Positions 50,303-60,294 of a stretch of DNA of 64,000 nucleotides are shown here, in pieces. Below the pieces are notes generated by a model. The model was given only the letters and a program-made list of their open reading frames with translations, was not told the origin of the DNA and searched no databases. Source of the stretch: an uncultured Syntrophobacterales bacterium (GTDB taxonomy: Bacteria > Desulfobacterota > Binatia > UBA9968 > JAJDTQ01); the NCBI GenBank assembly GCA_964630405.1, contig CAZVUC010000094.1, positions 4,158-68,157 of the forward strand, written 5' to 3'. Made by a program: the position numbers and the translations under genes. Positions within the stretch are counted from its first letter, which is position 1; each line of letters starts with the position of its first letter.

Positions 50303-52717
50303 GTGAAGAACAAGGCATTGACCATCCACGCGAAACACTCCCTCTCGTTGTCCGCGATGGTCCTGCCGGTGCTTGCCGTTGCTCTCGGCCTCAGCGCCTG
50401 TGGCGGTGGTGGTCAAACCGCGCCGGTACCACGGGCGGAGAAAGCTGCGGCGTTCAACTGGACGCACGAAGCGGTCCGCGTGCGGGGCGCCCATGAACGG
50501 GTGCGGGACCGATACGGCGCGGACGTGCTGCCGGGAGAGGGGATCCGTATCGCGATCATCGACAGCGGGATCGACCTCGAGCACTGGGCGTTCGACCGGG
50601 AGCGGGTCACGGAGGTGAACCTGGACCGCGAGGATGCGACGGAAAGCGGGTTTGTGCTCAGCCACGGCACGTCGGTCGCCAGCGTGATCGCGGCGCAGCC
50701 GGGTGCCGCGCCACGAGAGTTCGAGGACATCGGCGTGCGCGGGGTGGCGCCCGGCGCGAGGTTGACGGTATTCGCGGTGGCCGAACGGGGGCCGGAGGGG
50801 CCCACCGCCGAGGAGGAACTGGGGTGGTTCGGCTCGGCGCTGTCGCCGGAGGCTGGCGTCGACATCCTGAATATCAGCTTTGGGAACAAGTACGACCTGA
50901 TCTCCGACTACCCGGACGAGGTTGCCGTGCGGGGCCGCTACGGCCGTCTGATGGACCTGCTGGCGCAAGGCGGCAAGGAGGATCCGTCCCTGATCGTCTT
51001 CGCGGCCGGCAACGACAACGGTCCTTGCGACCCGGCACTGGTTGGAGCGTTCGGCGATCCCTCGCGATGTGTTGCGAACCCCGATGTCTCGGAGTTCTAC
51101 GGGAAACCCAGCGGCCTGTTTTTCGCGGATTCGCCGGGCGTGGATGCGGCGCTGCAGGTGCACGGCGAGGCGCTGCGGGGCCATGTGGTCTCGGTGGTTG
51201 CGTCGCGTCGCGATCGAGGGCTGGCGTCGTTCTCGAACCGCTGCGGGGTTGCGGCGCAGTGGTGCATCGCCGCGCCCGGCGTCGATGTTCCGGTGGCCTA
51301 CTATGGCCCCGAGGACCCCGCCGATCCCTACGCGAGCAGTTTCGCCGGCCCGCGGCGGGGTCAGGAACTCCTTCCCGGCACCTCGTTTGCGGCGCCGCTG
51401 GTAGCGGGCGGGCTTGCGGTGCTGAAGCACCGGTTCCGCGGACAACTCGGGAACAGGGCGCTGCTGCAGCGTCTCTACGCGACCGCCGACAAGCAAGGTC
51501 CAGCATCGCCGGATGCTGTGCCGGAGCTTGGCGTGTGCCCGCCGCATCTCGACTTGGACGGGGACTTGTCGGCGTGCGAGCTTTCGTCCACGCACGGTCA
51601 GGGGATCATGGACCTCGAGGCGGCGACGCGGCCCGTCGGGGAGGTGCGAGCGGCGCGGGGAAGCAGGCTCGCCCAGGGTACAGTGTCTTTCTCCGGGAGC
51701 GGCCTCGGGGCGAGTGCGGCGGTCGGGGACGCGCTCGCGCGGGGTTTGGCGGATCAGGAGCTGGCACTTTTCGACGCCCTGGACGCGCCCTTCTGGCTCG
51801 ACTTGGGCTCAGTGGTGCGGCCCCCCTCACGCCCGAGCCTCGGCGGGCGGTTGGACGCTCTCCTCAGGCCCGACGCGGAGACGGTCGACACAGGCGCCGG
51901 ACGCGTCACTCATGCACCGGGCGGCGCGGCCACCCTGCTGGACACGCCGCTCGGGTTCACGCGCCTCAGGCTCGGACTACACCTTGCGAGCGGCGTCCAC
52001 GAATGGACCGGGGGCCACGCGTCCCTGGCGGCACCGGATACCGGGCGGACCTCGCTGAGCATCGGCGAGGAACCACTACAAATCTCGCTTTTCACGACGG
52101 CGCATGCGTCCGAGGGCCGCAGGGACGTGCTGCCGTACACGGGCGTCGTCGCCGGCTGGCGGACCGGGCGCATCGGCCTGCGGGTGGGCGTCGTCAATGA
52201 GCCCAGGAGCGCACTGCGGCTGCGGGCACGGGGCGCCTTCGGTCGCTTCTCGTCCTCGCTCGTTTATGCCGGTTTCGGCGGCACCACCCGAGTGGGAGCG
52301 TGGACGGTCGCGGCGGACGCCGAGGCGGGCATTGCCGACGTGGATAGTGAACGCGGGCTGATCGCCGAGGTCTCACCGCTGGCGACCAGCGCTTTCGGTA
52401 TCTCCGCGGCGCGGACGTTCGACGCAGGCGCGCAACGCCTGCGGTTCTCCGTCTCGCAACCGCTCCGCGTCGAGCAGGGCCACGCCCGTCTCGACATGCC
52501 GACGGGCCGTACGTCCGATGGCGGGGTCACGCGGCAGGTCGTCGCAGTGCCGCTCTCGCCCTCCGGCAGGCAAGTGGATATGACGGCGGACGTTCGACAG
52601 CGTCTGCGAGGCGGCACCGAGCTGCGGCTGAGGTCCACGGTGTCGTTCCACCCCGGGCACGGCGCGGGCGAAGAGCCGGAGTTCAGCCTGCTCGCGGCGT
52701 TACTGCGGCGCTTCTAG
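50303..52717 (+). CDS. Subtilisin-like S8 serine protease with lipoprotein signal and probable C-terminal beta-barrel
   Basis: Lipobox LSAC; IIDSGID, HGTSVA, AAGN, GTSFAAP; amphipathic beta-strand C-terminus ending in F. Confidence 0.88.
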   Translation: MKNKALTIHAKHSLSLSAMVLPVLAVALGLSACGGGGQTAPVPRAEKAAAFNWTHEAVRVRGAHERVRDRYGADVLPGEGIRIAIIDSGIDLEHWAFDRERVTEVNLDREDATESGFVLSHGTSVASVIAAQPGAAPREFEDIGVRGVAPGARLTVFAVAERGPEGPTAEEELGWFGSALSPEAGVDILNISFGNKYDLISDYPDEVAVRGRYGRLMDLLAQGGKEDPSLIVFAAGNDNGPCDPALVGAFGDPSRCVANPDVSEFYGKPSGLFFADSPGVDAALQVHGEALRGHVVSVVASRRDRGLASFSNRCGVAAQWCIAAPGVDVPVAYYGPEDPADPYASSFAGPRRGQELLPGTSFAAPLVAGGLAVLKHRFRGQLGNRALLQRLYATADKQGPASPDAVPELGVCPPHLDLDGDLSACELSSTHGQGIMDLEAATRPVGEVRAARGSRLAQGTVSFSGSGLGASAAVGDALARGLADQELALFDALDAPFWLDLGSVVRPPSRPSLGGRLDALLRPDAETVDTGAGRVTHAPGGAATLLDTPLGFTRLRLGLHLASGVHEWTGGHASLAAPDTGRTSLSIGEEPLQISLFTTAHASEGRRDVLPYTGVVAGWRTGRIGLRVGVVNEPRSALRLRARGAFGRFSSSLVYAGFGGTTRVGAWTVAADAEAGIADVDSERGLIAEVSPLATSAFGISAARTFDAGAQRLRFSVSQPLRVEQGHARLDMPTGRTSDGGVTRQVVAVPLSPSGRQVDMTADVRQRLRGGTELRLRSTVSFHPGHGAGEEPEFSLLAALLRRF

Positions 52718-52767
52718 CCGTCGGCTGACAGGAGGACTTCAAACCCGCCAGTGTGTGGAGGACAAAC

Positions 52768-53592
52768 ATGAGCACGGACTTTCTGCATCGTACGCTTCGG
52801 GTCGGCGGCATCGAGACCCACTACCTGGAGGCGGGGGAGGGGCCCGACCTGGTGCTTCTCCACGGGGGCGAGTACGGCGCCTCCGCGGAGGCCACCTGGG
52901 GCCCGGCCATCGGCAAGCTGGCGGAGACCTTCCACGTCATCGCTCCGGACATGCTGGGGTACGGCCGCACCGCCAAGATATACAGTTTCTCAGACCCGTC
53001 GGGGTTCCGGATGACGCATCTGGCGCAACTCATGGACGTGGCGGGCGTGGGCGAGGCGTTTTACGTGGGCAACTCGGCCGGGGGCGGCACGCTGCTGCGA
53101 AGCGCCGTGCGCAGCCCGTCACCCCTGAGAATGAAGAAGATGGTCACCATCTGCGGCAATGCCGGGGTGTTCAAGAGCGACTCGCAGGCCGACCTGGAGG
53201 ACTACACGCCGAGCCTGGAGAACATGCGCAAGCTCGTCAGGCTGCTGTTTCACGACGAGAAGTGGCTCACCCCCGAAAACGTGGAGTCGCGCTATGCCGA
53301 CTCGATCCTGCCCGGAGCCTGGGAGGCGCTGTCGGCGGCCCGCCTGAAGCGGCCGGGACTCGAGCGGGGCTCCACGGTCGAGGCCTTCGTGCGGCAACTG
53401 TCCACCGTGAGCGTGCCGCTGCTGATCGTGTCCTGCGATCACGATCCCCTCAATCAACCCGACTGGGACGAGCGGTTGCAGGCCATCGTCCCGCGGTCCA
53501 AGGTGTACCGGTTCCGGGACTCGGCCCACGAGCCCCAGATCGAGGAACGAGATACCTTCGTCCAGGTGGTCGCCGATTTCCTGTTATCTTGA
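52768..53592 (+). CDS. Alpha/beta hydrolase (BphD/MhpC-like)
   Basis: LLHGG, APDMLGYG, GNSAGG nucleophile elbow, AHEPQIE. Confidence 0.9.
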   Translation: MSTDFLHRTLRVGGIETHYLEAGEGPDLVLLHGGEYGASAEATWGPAIGKLAETFHVIAPDMLGYGRTAKIYSFSDPSGFRMTHLAQLMDVAGVGEAFYVGNSAGGGTLLRSAVRSPSPLRMKKMVTICGNAGVFKSDSQADLEDYTPSLENMRKLVRLLFHDEKWLTPENVESRYADSILPGAWEALSAARLKRPGLERGSTVEAFVRQLSTVSVPLLIVSCDHDPLNQPDWDERLQAIVPRSKVYRFRDSAHEPQIEERDTFVQVVADFLLS

Positions 53593-53658
53593 CATCGTCA
53601 AGGAGCGGGATTACCTTCGAAACAGGGGGTAAGGACCCTTGTCGGTCCGGCGGATTGC

Positions 53659-54099
53659 ATGGTCATCTACGATCTCACATGTGACAACGGTCATGGTTTC
53701 GAGGGATGGTTCTCGGGGCCGGAAAACTACCAGGAACAGTGGTCCGGGAACCAGATCGCCTGTCCGGTGTGCAACTCGACGGTCATCACCAAGCTCCCTC
53801 ATACCTGCGCGGTCCACATGAAGAAGGACGAGGCGCCGTCCCCGCCTCCGCGCCCGGCGGCGAAGTCGGTGACGGCCACGCCCGAGCAGCTCAAGGAGGC
53901 GCTGATCCGGGTGCACCACTACGTCCGCGACAACTTCGAGGATGTCGGCTCGCATTTCGCCCAGGAGGCGCGCCGCATTCAGGCGGGCGACGCCGACGAG
54001 CGGCCCATCCACGGCACCGCCACGGAGAAGGAACGGGAAGCCCTCGACGACGACAGCATTCCGTACCTGATGGTGCCCAAGCCGGAGCTCGACAGTTGA
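53659..54099 (+). CDS. DUF1178 family protein
   Basis: YDLTCDNGHGFEGWF, CPVC, DVGSHFAQEARRI, RPIHG; TTGACA-N17-TACCTT upstream. Confidence 0.9.
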   Translation: MVIYDLTCDNGHGFEGWFSGPENYQEQWSGNQIACPVCNSTVITKLPHTCAVHMKKDEAPSPPPRPAAKSVTATPEQLKEALIRVHHYVRDNFEDVGSHFAQEARRIQAGDADERPIHGTATEKEREALDDDSIPYLMVPKPELDS

Positions 54100-54237
54100 G
54101 TTCCGGCCCCGTTCAAGTCATCCCTCAGTCCGTCATTCCACTTCAGCGCGGGCGGTTTTCGGCTCACGAGTCGACGGTTTGGGCCGGCGTCCACGGGTGA
54201 TTGACAACGCGCCGCCCGGTCTGTTACCCCGTGCCCC

Positions 54238-54714
54238 ATGGACGCACGCGAGATCCGGCATGTGATGGGACACTTCGCCACCGGCGTGACCATCGTCACC
54301 ACCAAGGACAAGGACGGAGTCCCCACCGGCATCACCGCCAATGCGTTTTCGTCCCTTTCGCTGAACCCGCCGCTGGTGCTGGTCTGCATCGACAAGAAGG
54401 CCAACTGCTACGACTGCTTCGAAGATTCCGGCGTATTCGCCGTCAACCTGCTGGGGGAGCACCAGGAGCAGCTCGCCAACCGATTCGCCACCAAGGGCAT
54501 CGAGAAGTTCCAGGACACGCCCTGGCACATGAGCGGCAACGAGGTCCCCGTCCTGGACGAGACCATCGGGCACATCGAGTGCAAGGTCACCCAGGGCTAC
54601 GACGGCGGCGACCACACCATCTACCTCGGCGAGGTCATCCACGCGCAGGCGGCGGGCGAGCGCCCGCTCCTCTTCTTCAAGGGAAAATACCAGCGGCTTC
54701 CCGGCGCGGATTGA
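54238..54714 (+). CDS. Flavin reductase family protein
   Basis: FATGVTIVT, SLSLNPPLVL, GGDHTIYLGEV, PLLF. Confidence 0.93.
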   Translation: MDAREIRHVMGHFATGVTIVTTKDKDGVPTGITANAFSSLSLNPPLVLVCIDKKANCYDCFEDSGVFAVNLLGEHQEQLANRFATKGIEKFQDTPWHMSGNEVPVLDETIGHIECKVTQGYDGGDHTIYLGEVIHAQAAGERPLLFFKGKYQRLPGAD

Positions 54715-54768
54715 TCCGTACGCCAGGGGACGCGTCTTGTCAGGGACGTCGCCGGAGGACTCCGGCGC

Positions 54769-56349
54769 TCATTTCAGCTCGATGACTACGTTTGTCGCGC
54801 CGGGCTTCACGGGATTCCCCTCGTAGGCGCCCGCCGGCTCTCCGGGTCCGCGCGTCAGGGGGTCTCCGTCCCGGTCCAGGCGCGCGCTGAGGTCCAGCGG
54901 GCCCTCGAAGGCCATCCCGGGCATCATGACGTCGCCGGGACCCAGTGAGAACGAAACCGGGAAGGCGGGTGCGGCGACGCGCTTGACCGCCAGCGGAGGG
55001 CCGCCGCCGGCCCCGGCCGGCCTCGCGACGATGTAGAGGATGGCCTGTCCGCCGGTCTGGCCCGCGCGCCTCGGATCCAGCCGGACGGTGCCCCCGATGC
55101 CCGGCGCCGCCGGCGCCTTGGGCGTCTCCTTCGGCGCCTGACCGATCTGCGCGATGATCTCCCGGACGGCGTCCTTCTGCTCTCCTGCCGGCAGCAGCCG
55201 CTCAAGCCGCTGGAGGTGCTCCCGGGCGCCGTCCGCGTCGCGCCCCTCCTGGTAGAGAATCATCCCCTTGGCCCACAAGGCCAGGGGCAGGTTGGGGGTC
55301 CGGGACAGCGCCCGGTCCAGCGCTTCCAGGGCGGCGTCGGTGTGGCCGGCCTGTGCCAGCACCATCCCCATGTAGGCGTTGGCGACGGGGTGGCCCGGGT
55401 CCTGGCCGAGCACGGCCCGGAATGCCTCGATGGCGGTCTTGAAGTCCTGTCGCCGGAATGCCTCCTGGCCACGGCGAAGCGCCGCCTCGGGGTTCCCGGA
55501 AGCGCCCGGGCGGCCGATCCCCTGGGGGCCGGTGCCGGTCATGAAGTCGCCGGTGATGCTGTCGTCCGTGGAGGTGCGGGGCCGTAGCGATTGGCCCAGC
55601 AGCAGACCGAGCGTAATACCGCCCGCCAACAGCACCACCGCCCATGCGGCCGGCGCCCAGCTTCGCCTGCTTCGCCTGTCGCCGGTGGTCTGCGTCATCT
55701 CGGGCTCCGGGTCCGGCGCCGCGCTCTTGCGGCTCTCCGCGAGCCGGCGCACCGCCTGACGTTCGTAGCGTCCCCTGAGGGCCTGGTAGTCGGCCTCGGA
55801 CAGCTTCCCGGCCTCGCGGTCGAAGTCGAGCTCGCGAAGGTCCTGGTACAGACGGGTCCGTTCATCGTCCGGCGGCTCCGGACCGGCGCCGCCGGGGAAA
55901 TCCGCGCGTGCGGCCTCGGCGCGGACCTGCTCCAGCAGTGCCGGGTCCAGGGGTTCTTCGGGCTCGTCCCTTTTGCGGCGGCTCCATCGGCGGAGAAACC
56001 ACGCCGCCCAAGCCAGCCCGGCGAGCAGGACGGCGAAGGGCAGGAGCCAGACGGTCAGGTTGAAGCCGTGGGCCGGGGGCGCCAGCAGGACCCACTCGCC
56101 GTACTTTGAAACGAAGTAGCTCCGGATCTCGTCCGGAGTCCTGCCGGCCTTGAGCTGCTCGCGCACGATGCCGCGCATCTGTACCGCCATCTCGGCCGGC
56201 GAGTCGGCCACGGACAGGTTCTGGCACACCACGCAACGGAGTTCCGAGGCGATGGCCCGCACGCGGTCCTCCAGCACCTCGTCGGCGTTGGCATTGAAGG
56301 AAAGAGTGAGGAGAAGCCCCCAAACGACTGTTTTCGCTACGATCTTCAT
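54769..56349 (-). CDS. ccmH: Cytochrome c biogenesis CcmH-CcmI(TPR) fusion
   Basis: LRCVVCQNLSVADS, FVSKYGEWVLLAP, LRELDFDREAGKLS, TPRs, PPLAVKR C-terminal domain; start MKIVAK at 56349. Confidence 0.88.
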   Translation of the reverse strand: MKIVAKTVVWGLLLTLSFNANADEVLEDRVRAIASELRCVVCQNLSVADSPAEMAVQMRGIVREQLKAGRTPDEIRSYFVSKYGEWVLLAPPAHGFNLTVWLLPFAVLLAGLAWAAWFLRRWSRRKRDEPEEPLDPALLEQVRAEAARADFPGGAGPEPPDDERTRLYQDLRELDFDREAGKLSEADYQALRGRYERQAVRRLAESRKSAAPDPEPEMTQTTGDRRSRRSWAPAAWAVVLLAGGITLGLLLGQSLRPRTSTDDSITGDFMTGTGPQGIGRPGASGNPEAALRRGQEAFRRQDFKTAIEAFRAVLGQDPGHPVANAYMGMVLAQAGHTDAALEALDRALSRTPNLPLALWAKGMILYQEGRDADGAREHLQRLERLLPAGEQKDAVREIIAQIGQAPKETPKAPAAPGIGGTVRLDPRRAGQTGGQAILYIVARPAGAGGGPPLAVKRVAAPAFPVSFSLGPGDVMMPGMAFEGPLDLSARLDRDGDPLTRGPGEPAGAYEGNPVKPGATNVVIELK

Positions 56350-56915
56350 CGTATGGCCTGGTGCTCTCCGCGGCCGCTGCCGGTGCTGACGAGGTCGCGC
56401 CGGGCATCCTCCAGCTTGGCCGTCAGGATCGGCGGCGGGATGGCGCCCAAGTGCTTGTAGGTGATCCGCCCGGTGGGGCTGACGAAGAAGGCTTCCGGGA
56501 TTCCCCACACCCCGTAGTCCACCGACACCTTTCCGTCGGGATCCTGGACGTTGACGAACGTGATGCCGAATTCGTCGATGAATTTCAGCGCCTCGGCCTT
56601 GCTGTCCTGGATGTTGATGCCGAGGAAGACGACGTCGTCTCCCTGACGCTTCCAGGCCGCCTCCAGGTCCCTGGCCTCCGCCCGGCAGGGCAGGCACCAG
56701 GAGGCCCAGAAATCCAGCAGGACGGTCTTGCCCCGCAGGTCCGAAAGACGCACCGTTTCGCCCTCGAACGTCTCCAGCGAGAAGTCCGGGGCGGCGCCGC
56801 CCACCAGCGGCGAGGGGATGTAGCGCGGGTCCTGGTAGAATCCGTAGCCCAGCAGGATCAGCACCAACCCCACACCCATGAGGGTGAACAGCAGTCTTCG
56901 CGCCGCGGGACTCAC
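56346..56915 (-). CDS. ccmG: TlpA/DsbE thiol-disulfide oxidoreductase
   Basis: FWASWCLPC, YGVWGIPE. Confidence 0.88.
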   Translation of the reverse strand: MSPAARRLLFTLMGVGLVLILLGYGFYQDPRYIPSPLVGGAAPDFSLETFEGETVRLSDLRGKTVLLDFWASWCLPCRAEARDLEAAWKRQGDDVVFLGINIQDSKAEALKFIDEFGITFVNVQDPDGKVSVDYGVWGIPEAFFVSPTGRITYKHLGAIPPPILTAKLEDARRDLVSTGSGRGEHQAIR

Positions 56916-56918
56916 GAT

Positions 56919-58877
56919 TCAGTTCCGGCGCCCGGCCGAGCCCATGGGCAGGATGGTCATGAGCGTGCCGAGGGTGATGACGAAGCCGCCGAGCCAGATC
57001 CACAGCACCAGCGGGCGGATCAGCACCTTGAGGGTGGCCCGGTTCTGCTCCACCTCGCTGAAGCCCGAAAGGATGAGGTAGACGTCCTCCTTGAGGGTGC
57101 TGCGGAATACCGCCCGCCCGATGGGCGACTCCTGGGCCGGGAAGAACTTCAACGCCGGTGACAGGCGCCCCAGGGCATGGCCGTTCTGCGACACCTGGAA
57201 CGCTCCTTCCACCCGGTAGTGGGTGGCTTGCTGCGAGCCCCGCAGCCCCTCGAAGGCCACCCGGTAGGGCCCTGCCTGGAGGGTCTCGCCGACGCTGAGA
57301 GTCGCCTCCCGCTCGATGCTGTAGGCCATGGAGCCGGCGATGCCCAGCACCACCAGCACCACCCCCAGGTGGACCACGAAGCCGCCGTAACGGCGCTGGT
57401 TGCGGCGCACCAGGGTGGCGAGTCCGCGCAACGGGCCTTCTCCGGCCTGCCGCCGGCGCGCGCGCAGGGAAAGGAAGGTGTCGAAGAGCATGGTCCAGAC
57501 CGTGAAGGCGCAGAGGGTGAAGCCCAGCAGCGACAGGAACGTGCGTATCCCGCCGGCGAACAGGCCCACGGCCACCGCCAGCGACGCGATCGCGGGCCAG
57601 GTGAAGTTCCGCTTGAGGTTGTCCCACGAAGCCCGGCGCCAGGCGATGAGCGGGCCCACCCCCATGAGGAAGACCAGCAGCAGGAACAGCGGCGCCGTGA
57701 CGCTGTTGAAGTAGGGGGCGCCGACGCTCACCTGGACCCCGGCCACGGCCTGGGACAGCAGCGGGAAGACGGTGCCCAGGAAGATGGTGAACAGGGCGGA
57801 CACGAACACCACGTTGTTCAGCACGAACGCCGATTCGCGGCTCACCACGGAGTCGAGCTCCGGCTGGCCGCGCAGTTGGTCGCTGCGCCACGCCAGGAGT
57901 CCCAGGGACGAGATCAGCACGAAGGCGAGAAACCCCAGGAAGTACATCCCCACCGGGCCGGACGAGAAGGCGTGGATGGAGGACAGGACCCCCGAGCGCG
58001 TGAGGAAGGTGCCGAAGATGGTCAGGCTGAAGGCGATGATGATCAGCAGCAGGTTCCAGGTCTTGAGCATGCCGCGCCGTTCCTGGACCTGCACCGAGTG
58101 CAGGAACGCGGTGGCCGGCAGCCAGGGCATGAAGGCGGCGTTCTCCACCGGGTCCCAGGCCCAATATCCGCCCCAGCCGAGCACGTGGTAGGACCACCAT
58201 GCTCCCACCAGGTTGCCCAGGGTCAGGAAGAACCAGGCGGTGATGGTCCAGCGCCGGGTGGCGACGATCCAGCTTTGGTCCAGCTTGCCGCGGATGAGCG
58301 CGGCCATGGCGAAGGCGAAGGGCACGGTGAGCCCCACGAACCCGGTGTACAGGAGCGGCGGGTGGCTCAGCATGTTGGCGTCTTCCAGCAGCGGGTTGAG
58401 CCCGCGGCCGTCGGCGGGGACCGGGAACTGGGTCTCGAAGGGGTTGGAGCCGAAGGCGATGACCGCCAGGAAGAAGGCCGAGACGATGGAGAACACCATC
58501 AGCACCCAGGGCATGAACTCCTGCATGCGCCTGCGGTAGCTCCACGCCACCAGGGCCGAGAAGATGATGAGGATCCACTCCCACAGGAGCAGCGAGCCTT
58601 CCAGGGCGCCCCACAGGCCGGTGACGCGGTAGTAGACGGGGGTGCTCCGGGTGGTGTTGAGGGCCACGTACCGGATGGAGAAGTCGGTGGCCACCAGGGC
58701 GTAGATCAATGCCGCCGCGGCCACGGTCACGAGCACGAACTGGCCGGCGATGGCGTACCGCGCGGAAGCGTGGAAGCGTTCGATGCCGGTGCGCGCGTGC
58801 AGGACCGGGGCCGCGATGCCCCACGCCGCCAAGGCCAGCGCCAGCAGCACGCAGGTATGTCCCAGGGTCGCGGTCAT
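56919..58877 (-). CDS. ccmF: Heme lyase CcmF
   Basis: EGSLLLW, GLNPLL, HPP, WGGYWAWDPVENA, FLTRSG...SIHAF. Confidence 0.97.
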   Translation of the reverse strand: MTATLGHTCVLLALALAAWGIAAPVLHARTGIERFHASARYAIAGQFVLVTVAAAALIYALVATDFSIRYVALNTTRSTPVYYRVTGLWGALEGSLLLWEWILIIFSALVAWSYRRRMQEFMPWVLMVFSIVSAFFLAVIAFGSNPFETQFPVPADGRGLNPLLEDANMLSHPPLLYTGFVGLTVPFAFAMAALIRGKLDQSWIVATRRWTITAWFFLTLGNLVGAWWSYHVLGWGGYWAWDPVENAAFMPWLPATAFLHSVQVQERRGMLKTWNLLLIIIAFSLTIFGTFLTRSGVLSSIHAFSSGPVGMYFLGFLAFVLISSLGLLAWRSDQLRGQPELDSVVSRESAFVLNNVVFVSALFTIFLGTVFPLLSQAVAGVQVSVGAPYFNSVTAPLFLLLVFLMGVGPLIAWRRASWDNLKRNFTWPAIASLAVAVGLFAGGIRTFLSLLGFTLCAFTVWTMLFDTFLSLRARRRQAGEGPLRGLATLVRRNQRRYGGFVVHLGVVLVVLGIAGSMAYSIEREATLSVGETLQAGPYRVAFEGLRGSQQATHYRVEGAFQVSQNGHALGRLSPALKFFPAQESPIGRAVFRSTLKEDVYLILSGFSEVEQNRATLKVLIRPLVLWIWLGGFVITLGTLMTILPMGSAGRRN

Positions 58878-58886
58878 CGACAGGAC

Positions 58887-59324
58887 CTAGCCGCCGGCGG
58901 GCCGCGCGGGCACGAAGCTCCGTTTGCCGGCCGGGTCTTCGCCTTCGGGGTGCGGGCTGTACTCCTCGGCGTGCTTGGCCATGACGGTGGACGCCTTGAA
59001 GACGCCGTCCTCGCCGAGCCGTCCCTCCACCACCGCGCCCTTGCCCTCGGAGAAGAGGTCCGGCGGCACGCCCTGGAAACGCACGGCCAGGGACTCTTGG
59101 CCGTCGGTGATCCGGAAACGGAAGGTGCGCCGGCCGAGGTCCTTCTCGAGAGAGCCCGGCAGCACCATGCCGCCCACCCGAAGGAACCGGTCCTGTGGCG
59201 TGGTCTCGGAGCGCAGCTCGGTGGGCGTCACGAAATAGACCACGGCTTCCTGCATGGCGCCGTAGATGAGATAGGCCAGGCCGCCGACGATGATCAGGCC
59301 GCCGATGAGATACCTAGGCTTCAT
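58887..59324 (-). CDS. ccmE: Heme chaperone CcmE
   Basis: RVGGMVLPGS, PDLFSEG, AKHAEEY (HxxxY). Confidence 0.95.
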   Translation of the reverse strand: MKPRYLIGGLIIVGGLAYLIYGAMQEAVVYFVTPTELRSETTPQDRFLRVGGMVLPGSLEKDLGRRTFRFRITDGQESLAVRFQGVPPDLFSEGKGAVVEGRLGEDGVFKASTVMAKHAEEYSPHPEGEDPAGKRSFVPARPAGG

Positions 59325-59469
59325 GTCCGTCCGCCTTGCTTGAAGTCCGGGGGGTCTTTCCGCCGGCCGCCGCCGCCCTCTGAATGCGCCGTTTCAGGAG
59401 CACGGTATAGATGAGGATGCTGCACCAGACGATGCCGTAGGCCAGAAAGACGAAACCCCAGTGTCCCAT
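59314..59469 (-). CDS. ccmD: Heme exporter protein CcmD (51 aa, not in ORF track)
   Basis: Manual translation MGHWGFVFLAYGIVWCSILIYTVLLKRRIQRAAAAGGKTPRTSSKADGHEA*; single TM then basic tail, between ccmC and ccmE. Confidence 0.8.
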   Translation of the reverse strand: MGHWGFVFLAYGIVWCSILIYTVLLKRRIQRAAAAGGKTPRTSSKADGHEA

Positions 59470-59494
59470 GGATTCATGCTCCCAAAAACGCCGG

Positions 59495-60175
59495 TCACGC
59501 TGCGTCGTGGAGCCGGCTTCGACGCGCCTGGTCCTCCACCTCGCCCAGGTGGATGCGCAACGACAACAGATAGAAGAACAGCAGCAGAAAGGCCACGAAG
59601 TTGATGCCCAGGGGCCACAGCATGGCCGGATCGATGTTGTCCCACGGCGCCTTGTCGGGGCGCAGGATGGAGGGGGGCTGGTGCAGGGTGCGCCACCAGT
59701 AAACCGACATGTGTATCAACGGGATGTCCAGGAAGCCGATGATTCCGAGTATCGCGCCCGACACGGCCGCCCGCCGCTGGTCCTCGATGAGCGATCGCAG
59801 CAGCAGGTAGCCGGCGAAGATCAGCAGCAGGATGGCGGTGAGCGTGAGCCGGGCGTCCCAGGTCCACCACACCCCCCAGGTGGGTTTGCCCCATATGGCC
59901 CCTTCGACGATGGTGAGGGCGGTGAAGAGCACGCCGATCTCCGCGGCCGCGTGGGCCAGGTTGTCGTCCCGGCGCTCGCCTTTCCAGAGGTAGAGGCAAC
60001 TCCCCACGAACACGATGAAGAACGACAGGTACGCTACCAGGATGCTGGGGATGTGGAGGTACATGATCCGCTGGGTATCGCCCTGCCGGGCGTCCGGCGG
60101 CGCCTCCACCAGACCCCAGTACAGACCCGTGACGATAAGGATGAGCGCCAGCGTGCCGAGAATTCTTCGAGCCAT
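59495..60175 (-). CDS. ccmC: Heme exporter protein CcmC
   Basis: RIMYLHIP, WGKPTWGVWWTWDARLT, WWRTLHQ; start MARRIL at 60175. Confidence 0.95.
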   Translation of the reverse strand: MARRILGTLALILIVTGLYWGLVEAPPDARQGDTQRIMYLHIPSILVAYLSFFIVFVGSCLYLWKGERRDDNLAHAAAEIGVLFTALTIVEGAIWGKPTWGVWWTWDARLTLTAILLLIFAGYLLLRSLIEDQRRAAVSGAILGIIGFLDIPLIHMSVYWWRTLHQPPSILRPDKAPWDNIDPAMLWPLGINFVAFLLLFFYLLSLRIHLGEVEDQARRSRLHDAA

Positions 60176-60294
60176 GGAATCCTTGTTCACATGCCTCGGG
60201 CGGGTGTCCCCGAGGCTGACTCCCGTTCCGTTCGGGAGCCGCGGTGAGTGATCCGTCAATGATAGCACCCGCGTGTGACAGTTCCCAATCGCGG

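Noticed and set aside
54769-58824. Apparent 1351-aa CcmH ORF, and similarly extended ORFs 9777..12029, 21886..24489 and 4986..7283
   Set aside because: The upstream extensions are off-frame overlaps of neighbouring genes; real starts are internal.
58887-59469. Possible in-frame CcmD-CcmE fusion
   Set aside because: The starts are 145 nt apart (not a multiple of 3), and ccmD has its own TAG at 59314-59316.
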